Assembly: GCA_020725385.1 (NCBI GenBank)
Contig: DYFC01000012.1
Span: forward strand, 1 to 10,749
DNA length: 10,749 bases
DNA from: Nitrospira japonica
GTDB taxonomy: Bacteria; Nitrospirota; Thermodesulfovibrionia; Thermodesulfovibrionales; SM23-35
Reading direction: 5' to 3'
Below, in pieces: positions 1 to 8,420 of this stretch. The translations under genes and the position numbers were made by a program. The notes beneath the pieces are model-generated. The model did not search any database, was not told the origin of the DNA, and saw only the letters and a list, made by a program, of their open reading frames with translations. How positions within the stretch are numbered: position 1 is the stretch's first letter; the number at the start of each line of letters is the position of its first letter.

Positions 1-110
1 AAGATAAAAAATACTCTTTTCCAGTCAAATTTTGGTTTTGTCTCTGCAACAACTATCTCTGCCGGCGGCTCTGGCAAACCTTCTGTGCGTTTCTTTTCTT
101 TATCTGCCAT
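1..110 (-). CDS. 5' end of a gene running off the window, probably a membrane transporter (possibly SLC13/DASS-type anion permease)
   Basis: Not in the ORF track. ATG at 110, 10 nt after the CBS gene stop, preceded by SD-like GAGGTAGG. Open frame to the window edge: MADKEKKRTEGLPEPPAEIVVAETKPKFDWKRVFFI, a hydrophilic leader followed by the start of a hydrophobic segment. The family guess comes from recalled similarity and context only. Confidence 0.65.
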   Translation of the reverse strand, partial: MADKEKKRTEGLPEPPAEIVVAETKPKFDWKRVFFI

Positions 111-120
111 TTCCTACCTC

Positions 121-642
121 CTATTCCTTCAATATCGCATCAGAAATTGAATCAAATACCTCTATCATCCTTACAAGTCCCACAAACTTCTTCTTACCCT
201 CAAGTACAGGAAGAAGCACCAAATCATTGTGAAGCATTAAATATGCTGCCTTTGTCAATGGATCATTGGGTTCTACAAAATTCTTTGCAGGTACCATTAT
301 CTCGCTTACTGGCTTCTCTGCAAGTTCTTTCGACTCTTTTGTAAACAAAGTATCCCAGATTAATGACAATGTGCTCTCATCTTCTTTCGGCACCTGTGCC
401 TTCTCGCTCGGCTTTAGAAATCTCGGCTCAAGTCCCTTTAAAATGTCCTTCAATGTCAATGTGCCCATGAGATTGTACTTCTCATCAAATACAAGTACTG
501 CCATTGGTTCAGGATATTTCTTTGCGCTTAAAAATGATACCTTCACTATCCTGATTGCCTGACTGATTGTAAACCAGTAAGGTACATGCGGATATTCAAA
601 TATCCCTACCATTACATCCTTTGCTACCTTTCCGTTTGACAT
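121..642 (-). CDS. CBS domain-pair protein
   Basis: 173 aa. CBS motifs 'VAKDVM', 'AVLVFDEKYNLMGTLTLKDIL', 'KPVSEIMVP' and 'LLPVLEGKKKFVGLVRMIEVF'. Strong SD AAGGAGG upstream. Confidence 0.9.
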   Translation of the reverse strand: MSNGKVAKDVMVGIFEYPHVPYWFTISQAIRIVKVSFLSAKKYPEPMAVLVFDEKYNLMGTLTLKDILKGLEPRFLKPSEKAQVPKEDESTLSLIWDTLFTKESKELAEKPVSEIMVPAKNFVEPNDPLTKAAYLMLHNDLVLLPVLEGKKKFVGLVRMIEVFDSISDAILKE

Positions 643-660
643 TTCTTTTCCCTCCTTTTT

Positions 661-1398
661 TTATATTGCTTTTCTCTCAAACTCTATTAATAAATTGAAT
701 CTGCCAGGTTTCTTAACAGAACGTGTGTATATAAATGTGGTATCTCCTGAATAATAAAATTGCATTGTAACCAGTGATGCGGTACCCTCCGGTAATCCGA
801 ATATCCTTGCCTCATCTGTGTTTAAATATCCAATGTCTATAAGATTTCTTACCTTTGTGATTCTTATTCCATATTTCTTCTCTATAATGTCTATTAAAGA
901 ATTCCTTGCTATATCATCCTCAAGCAATAATGGACATATGTGGTAAGGTATAAAACTCTCCTGAATTATTAATGGTTCATTGTCTTTAAGTTGGAGACGT
1001 TTTATGTAAATAACATGCTTGTCAGGCGGTATGTTCAGTTTTATGTCAAGTTCATCAATAGGCATCATCACTGTCCTTGCAAGAACATTTGTTGTAATAG
1101 AGGTTGTTTCTTCAAGCATTGATTCTCTGAAGTTGGTAAGCATTGAAATGCCGTCCGAGATAGTGTTTCTATAAATAAATGTTCCCTTTCCCTGCTGGCG
1201 TTTCAGGTAACCATGTCTTACAAGTTCCAGTACTGCTGTTCTAACAGTTGCTCTGCTTACACTAAACATATTGCAAAGGTCTTCCTCTGTGGGAATCTGG
1301 GTGCCAACCCGCCATTCACCACTTTCGATTTTCTTCTTCAGAATCTCGTATAACTGAAGATATAGCTTCTGATGGTCTTCCCTGTCTATAAGTTCCAT
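661..1398 (-). CDS. GntR family transcriptional regulator, HutC/UTRA subfamily
   Basis: 245 aa. N-terminal wHTH 'LYLQLYEILKKKIESGEW...IPTEEDLCNMFSVSRATVRTAVLELVRHGYLKRQQGKGTF'. C-terminal UTRA-like region 'IKRLQLKDNEPLIIQESFIP'. Confidence 0.93.
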   Translation of the reverse strand: MELIDREDHQKLYLQLYEILKKKIESGEWRVGTQIPTEEDLCNMFSVSRATVRTAVLELVRHGYLKRQQGKGTFIYRNTISDGISMLTNFRESMLEETTSITTNVLARTVMMPIDELDIKLNIPPDKHVIYIKRLQLKDNEPLIIQESFIPYHICPLLLEDDIARNSLIDIIEKKYGIRITKVRNLIDIGYLNTDEARIFGLPEGTASLVTMQFYYSGDTTFIYTRSVKKPGRFNLLIEFERKAI

Positions 1399-1584
1399 AT
1401 ATTTCTTAATAATGTAATATCCTTATAACAAATAAATGTAATAACAAAATAAACTACATTATATTATCTGTTTAAGGATGTCTTAAAAACAATCAGTCAA
1501 GATATGTATTTTTGTAGATGAAATACTGTATATGGTGGGATTAATTCGGAATCAAGACAGGGATAGGCTTTTTTGGTTTGATCC

Positions 1585-2217
1585 CTACTTTAATTCAGAC
1601 AGACCGGATTTGATAGCATATCTAACCATATCAGCAGTTGTATGAACTCCGAGTTTCTGGAGGATTCTATTCCTATGGGTTTCTACAGTTTTCATGCTTA
1701 TAAAAAGTTTATTAGCTATTTGTCTATTTGTAAGACCCGATGCAATAAGGCTTAAAATTTGCTTTTCCCTTTCTGTTAATACAATTTGAAGACTTTCTAC
1801 AGATGCTCCTAAATTAATTAATTTATCTGAAACCGAAGGACTTATAAATTTACCTCCTGCTCTAACCGATTTAATTGCATATAAAAGGTCTTCGAAAGCA
1901 TTATCTTTAATTACATAACCATCACCGAAAGATTGGATAGCTTTCTTAGCAGTTATTGAATCATTATGCATTGTTAGAAATATCACCTTTGTTGACATCC
2001 CATTTTTTTGAATGGCTTCGGCAATTTCAAAACCGTTTAAATCAGGCAATGATATGTCAAGTATAGCAATATCAGGTTTTGTTTTACTTATGATTTCAAG
2101 AGCCTTACTCCCATTTCCGGTTTCACCAATAATATTAAAATCCGGTATCTCTTTAAGCATCTTAACCAATCCCTGTCTGAATATATGGTGATCATCTGCT
2201 ACGACCAAATTTATCAT
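1585..2217 (-). CDS. NarL/FixJ (LuxR-HTH) family response regulator
   Basis: Receiver domain 'VVADDHHIFRQGL...PDIAILDISLPDLNG...FLTMH...GYVIK' and LuxR HTH 'LTEREKQILSLIASGLTNRQIANKLFISMKTVETHR'. ATGA overlap with the kinase stop. Confidence 0.95.
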   Translation of the reverse strand: MINLVVADDHHIFRQGLVKMLKEIPDFNIIGETGNGSKALEIISKTKPDIAILDISLPDLNGFEIAEAIQKNGMSTKVIFLTMHNDSITAKKAIQSFGDGYVIKDNAFEDLLYAIKSVRAGGKFISPSVSDKLINLGASVESLQIVLTEREKQILSLIASGLTNRQIANKLFISMKTVETHRNRILQKLGVHTTADMVRYAIKSGLSELK

Positions 2218-4094
2218 TTTAGAGGCACCCTTATGTTTATGGTAGTTCCAACATTTTTATTACTTTTTATACTGATAATTCCTTCTAAAAGCTCAACCCT
2301 TTCTTTTATTGTATCAAGTCCCAATCCTTTGGTTCTATCTTTATAATTCGGGAATTCAAATCCCTTTCCATTATCTCTAATTTCCATTGAAATAAATTTT
2401 CCATCACGTTTTAAGATAATATCAACCATTGTGGCGTCTGCGTGTTTTATTATATTGGTAATTGCTTCCTGATATATTCTGTATAACGCTTCTTTTATAT
2501 CAATGTTTATATTTGTAATATCTTCAATATTGAGATTGATTACAATTCCAAATCTTTCCTGAAGTTTTTTTGCATGCCATAATATTGCATCCTTAATATC
2601 AGTTGTCTCAAGAAAAGAAGGCCTTAAGTCCATTGCTATAGTACGCATATCTTCAATTGAATGTGTTATTTCATGAATGAGTTCATTCACAGTTTCCTGT
2701 TCAGGAAATATTCCTTCTTTTATTTTTTTTGCAACCATTTGAATTTGCATCTTTATAGCAGTTAATGATGGCCCGATGCTATCGTGAATTTCTCTTGCCA
2801 ATCTTTTTCTTTCTTCTTCATGTGCTTTAAAAATACGGATAGATATTGTCTGTAGTTCTTTAATTCTTGTAAAACGTGCTGCTAAAGCATACATAACACA
2901 CGTCATAAAAAAAGCTGTTGAATAATCCCAGAGAAAAAAGCCTGTTGATTGAAGAAAATCAACTCCAGCTATAGATTCAAGAATAAAACCGGCTATTAAT
3001 CCTGCTATGCCTAATAGTGTAGAACCTGATTCGTAATAATGACGTTTAAACGCTTTTAATGCAAAGTAAAACAGAATAACTGCTGTTATAGCAAAACATA
3101 TTTTCCAAATTAGATATACGATTTGCCTTATTTCATAATATGGAAAGAAGAATATGGTTAATGAAAGAAGAACAAATATTAATAGTAATGATTTAATGAA
3201 ATTTGTTAATTTTTCTTTAAAAACATTTTTTAGAACCATCAATAAATTTGCAGGAAGCAGTAATGATATTGCGCTGATTATCTGTTGGACTAAACTATTC
3301 TTTATACCAAGATTATAAAAAGTAACACTGTTCAGAGTAAAAATTATTCCATACAAAGTAACAAACAACCAAAAAAATAGATATTCCCTTTCCCTAAGAC
3401 CTTTTAAGTAAAAGAAAAGACATCCGATGAAAAACATTAAGAAAAATGTAAAAAGACTATATTCAAGAGCAAAAGTAAATTTCTCCCTTTTCATTTTCTC
3501 TATTAACAAAATATTGTAGTCACCAAAGGCGATATTTTCATCGAATAAACCGCCGTTAAGATAAGTATTCATCACTCGTATGCATATTATATTATCTGAA
3601 TTAAATTTAATTAAATTCCCGGGGATTTTATAAAGTCTATGTATTTTAGAAGCTTCAACATAACGATTGCCAATAATGCCATGACTTCCTATCTTTTTCC
3701 CGTTAAAATAAACTTCATCAATATCACCGATTCTTCCAAGTAAAATTGCCGGCTCTATATTTTTAAATTGGTCGGTAATATTCAGATGTATTCTATACCA
3801 TCCCATTCCCTTGTCAGATTTTACTTTTTGTGATTGCCAGCTTCCCGGGATTTTGATTGTTTTCCATTTTGAATCATCAAATTCAATATTTGCCCACCCG
3901 GATTTATCACCTGCAGAAAATTTATGAAGACCATCAAGAATTATAACTCCACTTTGTGATTGACAAAAGGCAATTTCAGTAGGTGTAAGTAAAAAAGATA
4001 ATAAAAAAGCAATTTTCAATAGGTTTAAGAATAAAATCATTTTTCTAAAATTTGCTCCTGGATATATTATCATTATTATACATTTCATAAACAA
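2214..4094 (-). CDS. Sensor histidine kinase (HisKA_3 + HATPase) with extracellular galactose-binding-like/GH2-N-like domain and about 7 TM helices (7TM-DISM-like)
   Basis: H-box 'EEERKRLAREIHDSIG', N-box 'QEAITNIIKHA', G-boxes 'DNGKGF' and 'GLGL'. N-terminal 'FDDSKWKTIKIPGSW...GWYR...LLGRIGDIDEVYFNGKKIG' is typical of GH2 sugar-binding domains, followed by multiple hydrophobic segments. The true start may be the ATG at 4040. Confidence 0.88.
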   Translation of the reverse strand: MFMKCIIMIIYPGANFRKMILFLNLLKIAFLLSFLLTPTEIAFCQSQSGVIILDGLHKFSAGDKSGWANIEFDDSKWKTIKIPGSWQSQKVKSDKGMGWYRIHLNITDQFKNIEPAILLGRIGDIDEVYFNGKKIGSHGIIGNRYVEASKIHRLYKIPGNLIKFNSDNIICIRVMNTYLNGGLFDENIAFGDYNILLIEKMKREKFTFALEYSLFTFFLMFFIGCLFFYLKGLREREYLFFWLFVTLYGIIFTLNSVTFYNLGIKNSLVQQIISAISLLLPANLLMVLKNVFKEKLTNFIKSLLLIFVLLSLTIFFFPYYEIRQIVYLIWKICFAITAVILFYFALKAFKRHYYESGSTLLGIAGLIAGFILESIAGVDFLQSTGFFLWDYSTAFFMTCVMYALAARFTRIKELQTISIRIFKAHEEERKRLAREIHDSIGPSLTAIKMQIQMVAKKIKEGIFPEQETVNELIHEITHSIEDMRTIAMDLRPSFLETTDIKDAILWHAKKLQERFGIVINLNIEDITNINIDIKEALYRIYQEAITNIIKHADATMVDIILKRDGKFISMEIRDNGKGFEFPNYKDRTKGLGLDTIKERVELLEGIISIKSNKNVGTTINIRVPLK

Positions 4095-4149
4095 TTTCGT
4101 TGCATGAAAAATATATTTAAACTAAAAAACTTAACTGCTAAAATTTTTC

Positions 4150-4178
4150 TTGACAATTTATTTTTATAGGAATAAATT
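4150..4178 (+). promoter_or_regulatory. sigma70-type promoter for the riboswitch-kup transcript
   Basis: TTGACA (4150-4155), 17 nt spacer, TAAATT (4173-4178). This places the TSS at about 4185, just before the aptamer. Confidence 0.7.
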
Positions 4179-4192
4179 ATAGTCATATAGCA

Positions 4193-4314
4193 GCCTAAAT
4201 CCATTTAAAGAATGGATGCGGGGGAACCAAATTTTGGGGCGTATTTACCTGACTACCGGTAATAGGGAACTTCCAGTCCCGAGCCCGTCAGCTAACCCCG
4301 TAGGCATTTGGAAG
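4193..4314 (+). ncRNA. cyclic di-AMP riboswitch (ydaO/yuaA class)
   Basis: Hallmark segments in the expected order: GCCTAAATCC...GGATGCGGGGGAACCA...TGGGGCGTAT...ATAGGG...CCCGAGCCCGTCAGCTAACCCCGTAGGC. Pseudoknot CTTCCA (4270-4275) with TGGAAG (4309-4314). Located upstream of a K+ transporter, a typical target. Confidence 0.93.
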
Positions 4315-4332
4315 GGCATTGATGAGGATAAG

Positions 4333-4360
4333 AAACCGCTGGAATGCCTGCGGTTTTTTT
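4333..4360 (+). terminator. Riboswitch-controlled intrinsic terminator
   Basis: AAACCGC(T)GG-AATG-CC(T)GCGGTTT hairpin followed by a T7 run (4354-4360), between the aptamer and the kup start. Confidence 0.85.
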
Positions 4361-4388
4361 ATGCTTTTTGCCCTTTGAGGAATAGAAA

Positions 4389-6203
4389 ATGATTAATCAC
4401 GAGTCTCCTGTAAAGGGCATTATTAAATCCCTTGGTCTTGTTTTCGGTGATATAGGAACAAGCCCGATTTATACCCTAACAGTAATTTTTCTTCTTACCA
4501 GACCTTCAGAAAGCCATATTATTGGTGTCTTATCTCTTATTATCTGGACACTTGTAATACTTGTGTTTGTTGAATATGCATGGCTTGCTATGAGTCTTGG
4601 TAAAAAAGGTGAAGGTGGTACAATTGTTCTTAAAGAAATACTTATTCCACTTTTAAAGAAAGGGAGACAGGTATCTTTCATAACCCTCCTGTCATATATT
4701 GGCATATCCCTTTTGATTGGAGATGGTGTGATAACTCCTGCGATCAGCATACTCAGTGCGGTAGAAGGTTTATTACTTGTACCCGGACTTGAAAAAACTG
4801 ACCAGACAATACTTATTATTATTGCAGGACTTATTGCAATAGCACTTTTTTCTATTCAGAGAAAAGGCACTGAAAAAGTTGCAGGGACATTTGGACCTTT
4901 AATGCTCCTGTGGTTTTTATCTCTTACCACTTCCGGAATCCTTTCTATAATTAAATTCCCGATTGTATTGAAGGCAGTAAATCCATTTTATGCATTGCAA
5001 TTTCTATATGAAAACAGCATTGTTGGTTTCTTTGTCCTTTCAGAAGTTACCCTTTGTGCTACCGGAGGTGAAGCCTTATATGCAGATATGGGACATTTAG
5101 GCCGTAAGCCAATTCTTAGGGCATGGTATCTTGTTTTTGTTGCTCTTATAATTAATTATCTTGGACAGGGAGCTTATATGATTGAATATCCTGATGCACA
5201 TAATGTTCTTTTCGAGATGATTTTTCATCAATCTCCAGCGATGTATATCCCTTTCCTTATACTCAGTATTATCGCTACTATTATTGCTTCACAGGCTATG
5301 ATCAGCGGTATGTTTTCAATTGTATATCAGGGAATTACGACCCATATTATGCCAATGTTCAAAATTGACTTTACTTCTGCGGAATTAAGGTCTCAAATCT
5401 ATATAGGAATTGTAAATTGGTTTTTACTCTTTTCTGTATTGTTTGTAATGTATGAATTCAAAGAATCGAACAAACTTGCAACAGCTTATGGACTTGCTGT
5501 AACAGGAACAATGACAATTACAGGCATTATGATGACATGGATATTCTTACTTAGGAAAAAGTATCACCTTTGCTTTATTTCATTAATAGTAACTATAGTA
5601 GATATTATATATTTGCTTTCAAACAGCTATAAGATACCTCACGGTGGATACTGGTCAATAATTATCGGTTTGGTACCCTTTTTAACAATAATATTATATA
5701 CCAAAGGCCAGAAAAGGCTTTACACTAAATTGAAAGCAGTGCCGTTGTCAGAATTTTTAGAAAAATATAATTCTTTTTATAAAGCAAATAACAAAATTAC
5801 TGGCACAGCACTCTTTTTTATCAAAGACCCGAATGAGATACCTCCTTTTATGATCCGTAGCATGTTTGTGAATAAAATTCTTTATGAAAACAATATTATC
5901 GTTACGATTATAAAACGTGACGACCCGTTTGGAGTTACAGGTTTTTTTAAAGAAGACCTTGCCCCGGGTTTGAGGGTTTTTGAGATTCAGACAGGTTATA
6001 TGGAGATGCCTGACATTGAAGAGATATTAAAGGAAGCAGGTATAGAAGAGAATACAATCTTTTACGGTCTTGAGGATATAGTAACATCCAATCCTATCTG
6101 GAAAATTTTTTCAATTATTAAGAGGCTGAATCCAGCATTTGTGCAGTTTTATAAGTTACCTTCACACAAATTACACGGAGTAATGACAAGAGTTGAGATA
6201 TGA
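4389..6203 (+). CDS. kup: KUP/HAK/KT family potassium uptake transporter
   Basis: 604 aa. 'LGLVFGDIGTSPIYT', 'GEGG', 'GDGVITPAISILSAVEG', 'TGGEALYADMGH', 'IIASQAMISG', 'QIYI', 'AYGLAV'. SD GAGG at 4377-4380. Confidence 0.96.
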   Translation: MINHESPVKGIIKSLGLVFGDIGTSPIYTLTVIFLLTRPSESHIIGVLSLIIWTLVILVFVEYAWLAMSLGKKGEGGTIVLKEILIPLLKKGRQVSFITLLSYIGISLLIGDGVITPAISILSAVEGLLLVPGLEKTDQTILIIIAGLIAIALFSIQRKGTEKVAGTFGPLMLLWFLSLTTSGILSIIKFPIVLKAVNPFYALQFLYENSIVGFFVLSEVTLCATGGEALYADMGHLGRKPILRAWYLVFVALIINYLGQGAYMIEYPDAHNVLFEMIFHQSPAMYIPFLILSIIATIIASQAMISGMFSIVYQGITTHIMPMFKIDFTSAELRSQIYIGIVNWFLLFSVLFVMYEFKESNKLATAYGLAVTGTMTITGIMMTWIFLLRKKYHLCFISLIVTIVDIIYLLSNSYKIPHGGYWSIIIGLVPFLTIILYTKGQKRLYTKLKAVPLSEFLEKYNSFYKANNKITGTALFFIKDPNEIPPFMIRSMFVNKILYENNIIVTIIKRDDPFGVTGFFKEDLAPGLRVFEIQTGYMEMPDIEEILKEAGIEENTIFYGLEDIVTSNPIWKIFSIIKRLNPAFVQFYKLPSHKLHGVMTRVEI

Positions 6204-6217
6204 AAAAAGAAGGCTTA

Positions 6218-8290
6218 TTATTTTCTTAATTCCGCACCAGTTTGTTCGATGAGATATTTGACAAGGGATGTGTGTTTAGCTTCTACTTCCTCATCTGTTA
6301 AAGTGCGTTCTTTTGCTCTATATACAATATTAAACGCAAGACTCTTTTTCCCGGCAGGGATATTTCCGCCTTTGAAATGATCGAAAATAGAAACCTTTTC
6401 AATAAGTTCTGTTGAAAATGAAGAAATGAGTTCTTTTATTTTTATTGATGGCAAATCATCGTTTACAATAAGTGCAACATCACGTTCAACAGCCGGAAAT
6501 TTCGGAATTGGTTTATATTGAATAGTATCGCTTACTTTTGATAATAATTTTTCAAGATTTATTTCAAATAAGCAAATATCCGGCTTCTGTTTTTTGAGAC
6601 CGAGTTTTTCAATAATTTCAGGTGAAAGTACACCTAAATATCCAACTGGTAAATCTTCAATAAAAATATCTGCTGATTGTCCTCGATGAAGAAAAGTTTC
6701 GGAAGATGGAGAGAAATGATAATTCGATACCTTCAATTCTTCAAGAATAGCCTGAATTGCTCCTTTTACTATGTAAAATCCTGAAGCTTCTTCTTTCCAT
6801 AAAGAAGGTATTTTTTCCTTATAATAAGCACCGGCAAACATCTGAATTTCTTCAGGCAATGTTTTCCCTTCATTTATAAAAACTCTGGATATTTCAAAAA
6901 TGCGAATATCTTTTATGCCCCTGTCAAGATTGTATATTAGATTATTAATCAAAGCAGGTATCAGGGTAGTTCTTAACAAACATTCATCCTGACTTAAAGG
7001 ATTGCTGATTGAGACAAAGTTTCTTCTTGCATCTGAATCTGAAAGCATTAATAATTCGGGATGGGAAGGATTTGAAAAGCTGAAATTTATAACCTCATTA
7101 AAACCATTACTTCTTATCGTATGGCGGATTTTTTCTAAATAGATTGTTCTCTTATTTAAAATGCCAGAAGAAAGAGGTGTACTTGGATTTGTAACAGGTA
7201 TGTTGTTATAACCGTAAATTCTTGCAACTTCTTCAGCAACATCGCAACCGGTGCGTATATCTCTTCTGTTTGAAGGCGGTGTTACAGTGAAATAATCTCC
7301 CTTATCTTCAGAGATAATTCCAAGTCTGTTAAGAATATCAAGAATGTCAGTTTTTGTGAGAGATACGCCAAGAAGCTTATTTATTTTCTCGTATCTTACC
7401 GGAAAAGATTCCGGTTCATATTTAATTGGATAAGCATCAATAATTTCAGAGATTGTTCCGCCTGCGAGTTCTTGAATAAGCATTGCTGCTCTATTTAAAG
7501 CTTTTTCAAGAAACACAATATCTGTGCCCCGTTCGAATCTGTATGAAGATTCTGTTGAAAGTCCCAATCTTTTTGAAGTTCTTCTTATGGAGGAAGGGAG
7601 AAACCACGCGCTTTCGAGAAAGATATTTTTTGTGTTTGACGTTACCTCGGTATTAGCTCCACCCATAACGCCACCAATAGCAACAGGCCGTTCAGCGTCT
7701 CTGATAAGTAAAGTATCACCCGGAATTTCACGCTCTGTCCCATCAAGAGTCTTAATTTTTTCCACTCCTGTACCGGTCTTAAGCGTATCAGGTTTAGCAA
7801 CAATTATTTTTCTGCCATGCAATAAATCAGCATCAAAAGCATGTAAAGGATGTCCGAATTCGAGAAGAACATAGTTTGTCACATCTACAACATTATTAAT
7901 TGAACGTATCCCGCATTTTTCAAGTTTTTTCTTTAGCCATGAAGGGGAATCTGATATTTTTACACCTGAAATCACCCTACCAGTATATCTATTACATAAA
8001 TCCGGATCTTTAATTTCAACTATGAAATCAGATACAGGTAATCCTTGCTTAATATCGCACAAAGGAAGTTTTAGAGGCGATTTATACGTAGCAGAGATTT
8101 CTCTTGCAATACCAATTATACTTAGACAATCAGGTCTATTAGGTGTGACATTTACTTCAAAAACAACGTCACCATCAATGGATTCCTCACCCTCTACCTC
8201 AAGACCGATCATGGTTAGGGTGTCGGAGACCTCTTTAGGTGTAACCAAAATATCTGTAAGCTCTTTTAACCATTCAAACGAAACAAGCAT
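6218..8290 (-). CDS. pheT: Phenylalanine--tRNA ligase beta subunit (short form lacking the B2 OB-fold)
   Basis: 690 aa. 'VTPNRPDCLSIIGIARE', 'INNVVDVTNYVLLEFGHPLHAFD', 'ESSYRFERG', 'EEVARIYGY', and a C-terminal anticodon-binding domain 'KSLAFNIVYRAKERTLTDEEV'. Confidence 0.97.
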   Translation of the reverse strand: MLVSFEWLKELTDILVTPKEVSDTLTMIGLEVEGEESIDGDVVFEVNVTPNRPDCLSIIGIAREISATYKSPLKLPLCDIKQGLPVSDFIVEIKDPDLCNRYTGRVISGVKISDSPSWLKKKLEKCGIRSINNVVDVTNYVLLEFGHPLHAFDADLLHGRKIIVAKPDTLKTGTGVEKIKTLDGTEREIPGDTLLIRDAERPVAIGGVMGGANTEVTSNTKNIFLESAWFLPSSIRRTSKRLGLSTESSYRFERGTDIVFLEKALNRAAMLIQELAGGTISEIIDAYPIKYEPESFPVRYEKINKLLGVSLTKTDILDILNRLGIISEDKGDYFTVTPPSNRRDIRTGCDVAEEVARIYGYNNIPVTNPSTPLSSGILNKRTIYLEKIRHTIRSNGFNEVINFSFSNPSHPELLMLSDSDARRNFVSISNPLSQDECLLRTTLIPALINNLIYNLDRGIKDIRIFEISRVFINEGKTLPEEIQMFAGAYYKEKIPSLWKEEASGFYIVKGAIQAILEELKVSNYHFSPSSETFLHRGQSADIFIEDLPVGYLGVLSPEIIEKLGLKKQKPDICLFEINLEKLLSKVSDTIQYKPIPKFPAVERDVALIVNDDLPSIKIKELISSFSTELIEKVSIFDHFKGGNIPAGKKSLAFNIVYRAKERTLTDEEVEAKHTSLVKYLIEQTGAELRK

Positions 8291-8297
8291 GACGTAT

Positions 8298-8327
8298 ATT
8301 ATATATATGTTGGTAAAATCTTTACAA
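8298..8327 (-). promoter_or_regulatory. sigma70-type promoter directly abutting the pheT start (leaderless configuration)
   Basis: Minus strand reads TTGTAA (8327-8322), 18 nt, TATAAT (8303-8298), ATACGTC, ATG. No SD is present. Confidence 0.6.
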
Positions 8328-8420
8328 GGTATTGGTTTGGTTTTTTATGAATTTCCCGGATTTCTTTCAATTTTATATCAAAAGTGGTAATATTAAATAA
8401 AGTAATATTTAAAGAAAGTT

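Noticed and set aside
32-562. Plus-strand ORFs 32..232, 147..344 and 266..562
   Set aside because: They are antisense shadows of the CBS gene and the downstream gene, with no recognisable motifs.
1559-1586. AGGGAT...ATCCCT inverted repeat at the response regulator stop, considered as a terminator
   Set aside because: It has only 6 Watson-Crick pairs around a long loop. Extra pairing needs G-U on the non-coding strand, and no U-tract follows on the minus strand.
3700-3710. Match of about 10 nt (CGTTAAAATA) between the repeat/spacer junction and the histidine kinase gene, considered as self-targeting
   Set aside because: Too short and AT-rich, and the rest of the spacer does not match.
4469-4750. 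Minus-strand 93-aa ORF
   Set aside because: It lies wholly antisense within kup and has no family motifs.
6204-6217. Possible bidirectional terminator between the convergent kup and pheT genes
   Set aside because: The gap is only 14 nt and contains no hairpin.
7524-8390. Plus-strand ORFs 7524..7874 and 8022..8390
   Set aside because: They are antisense to the conserved pheT and have Ser/Thr-rich shadow-frame composition.
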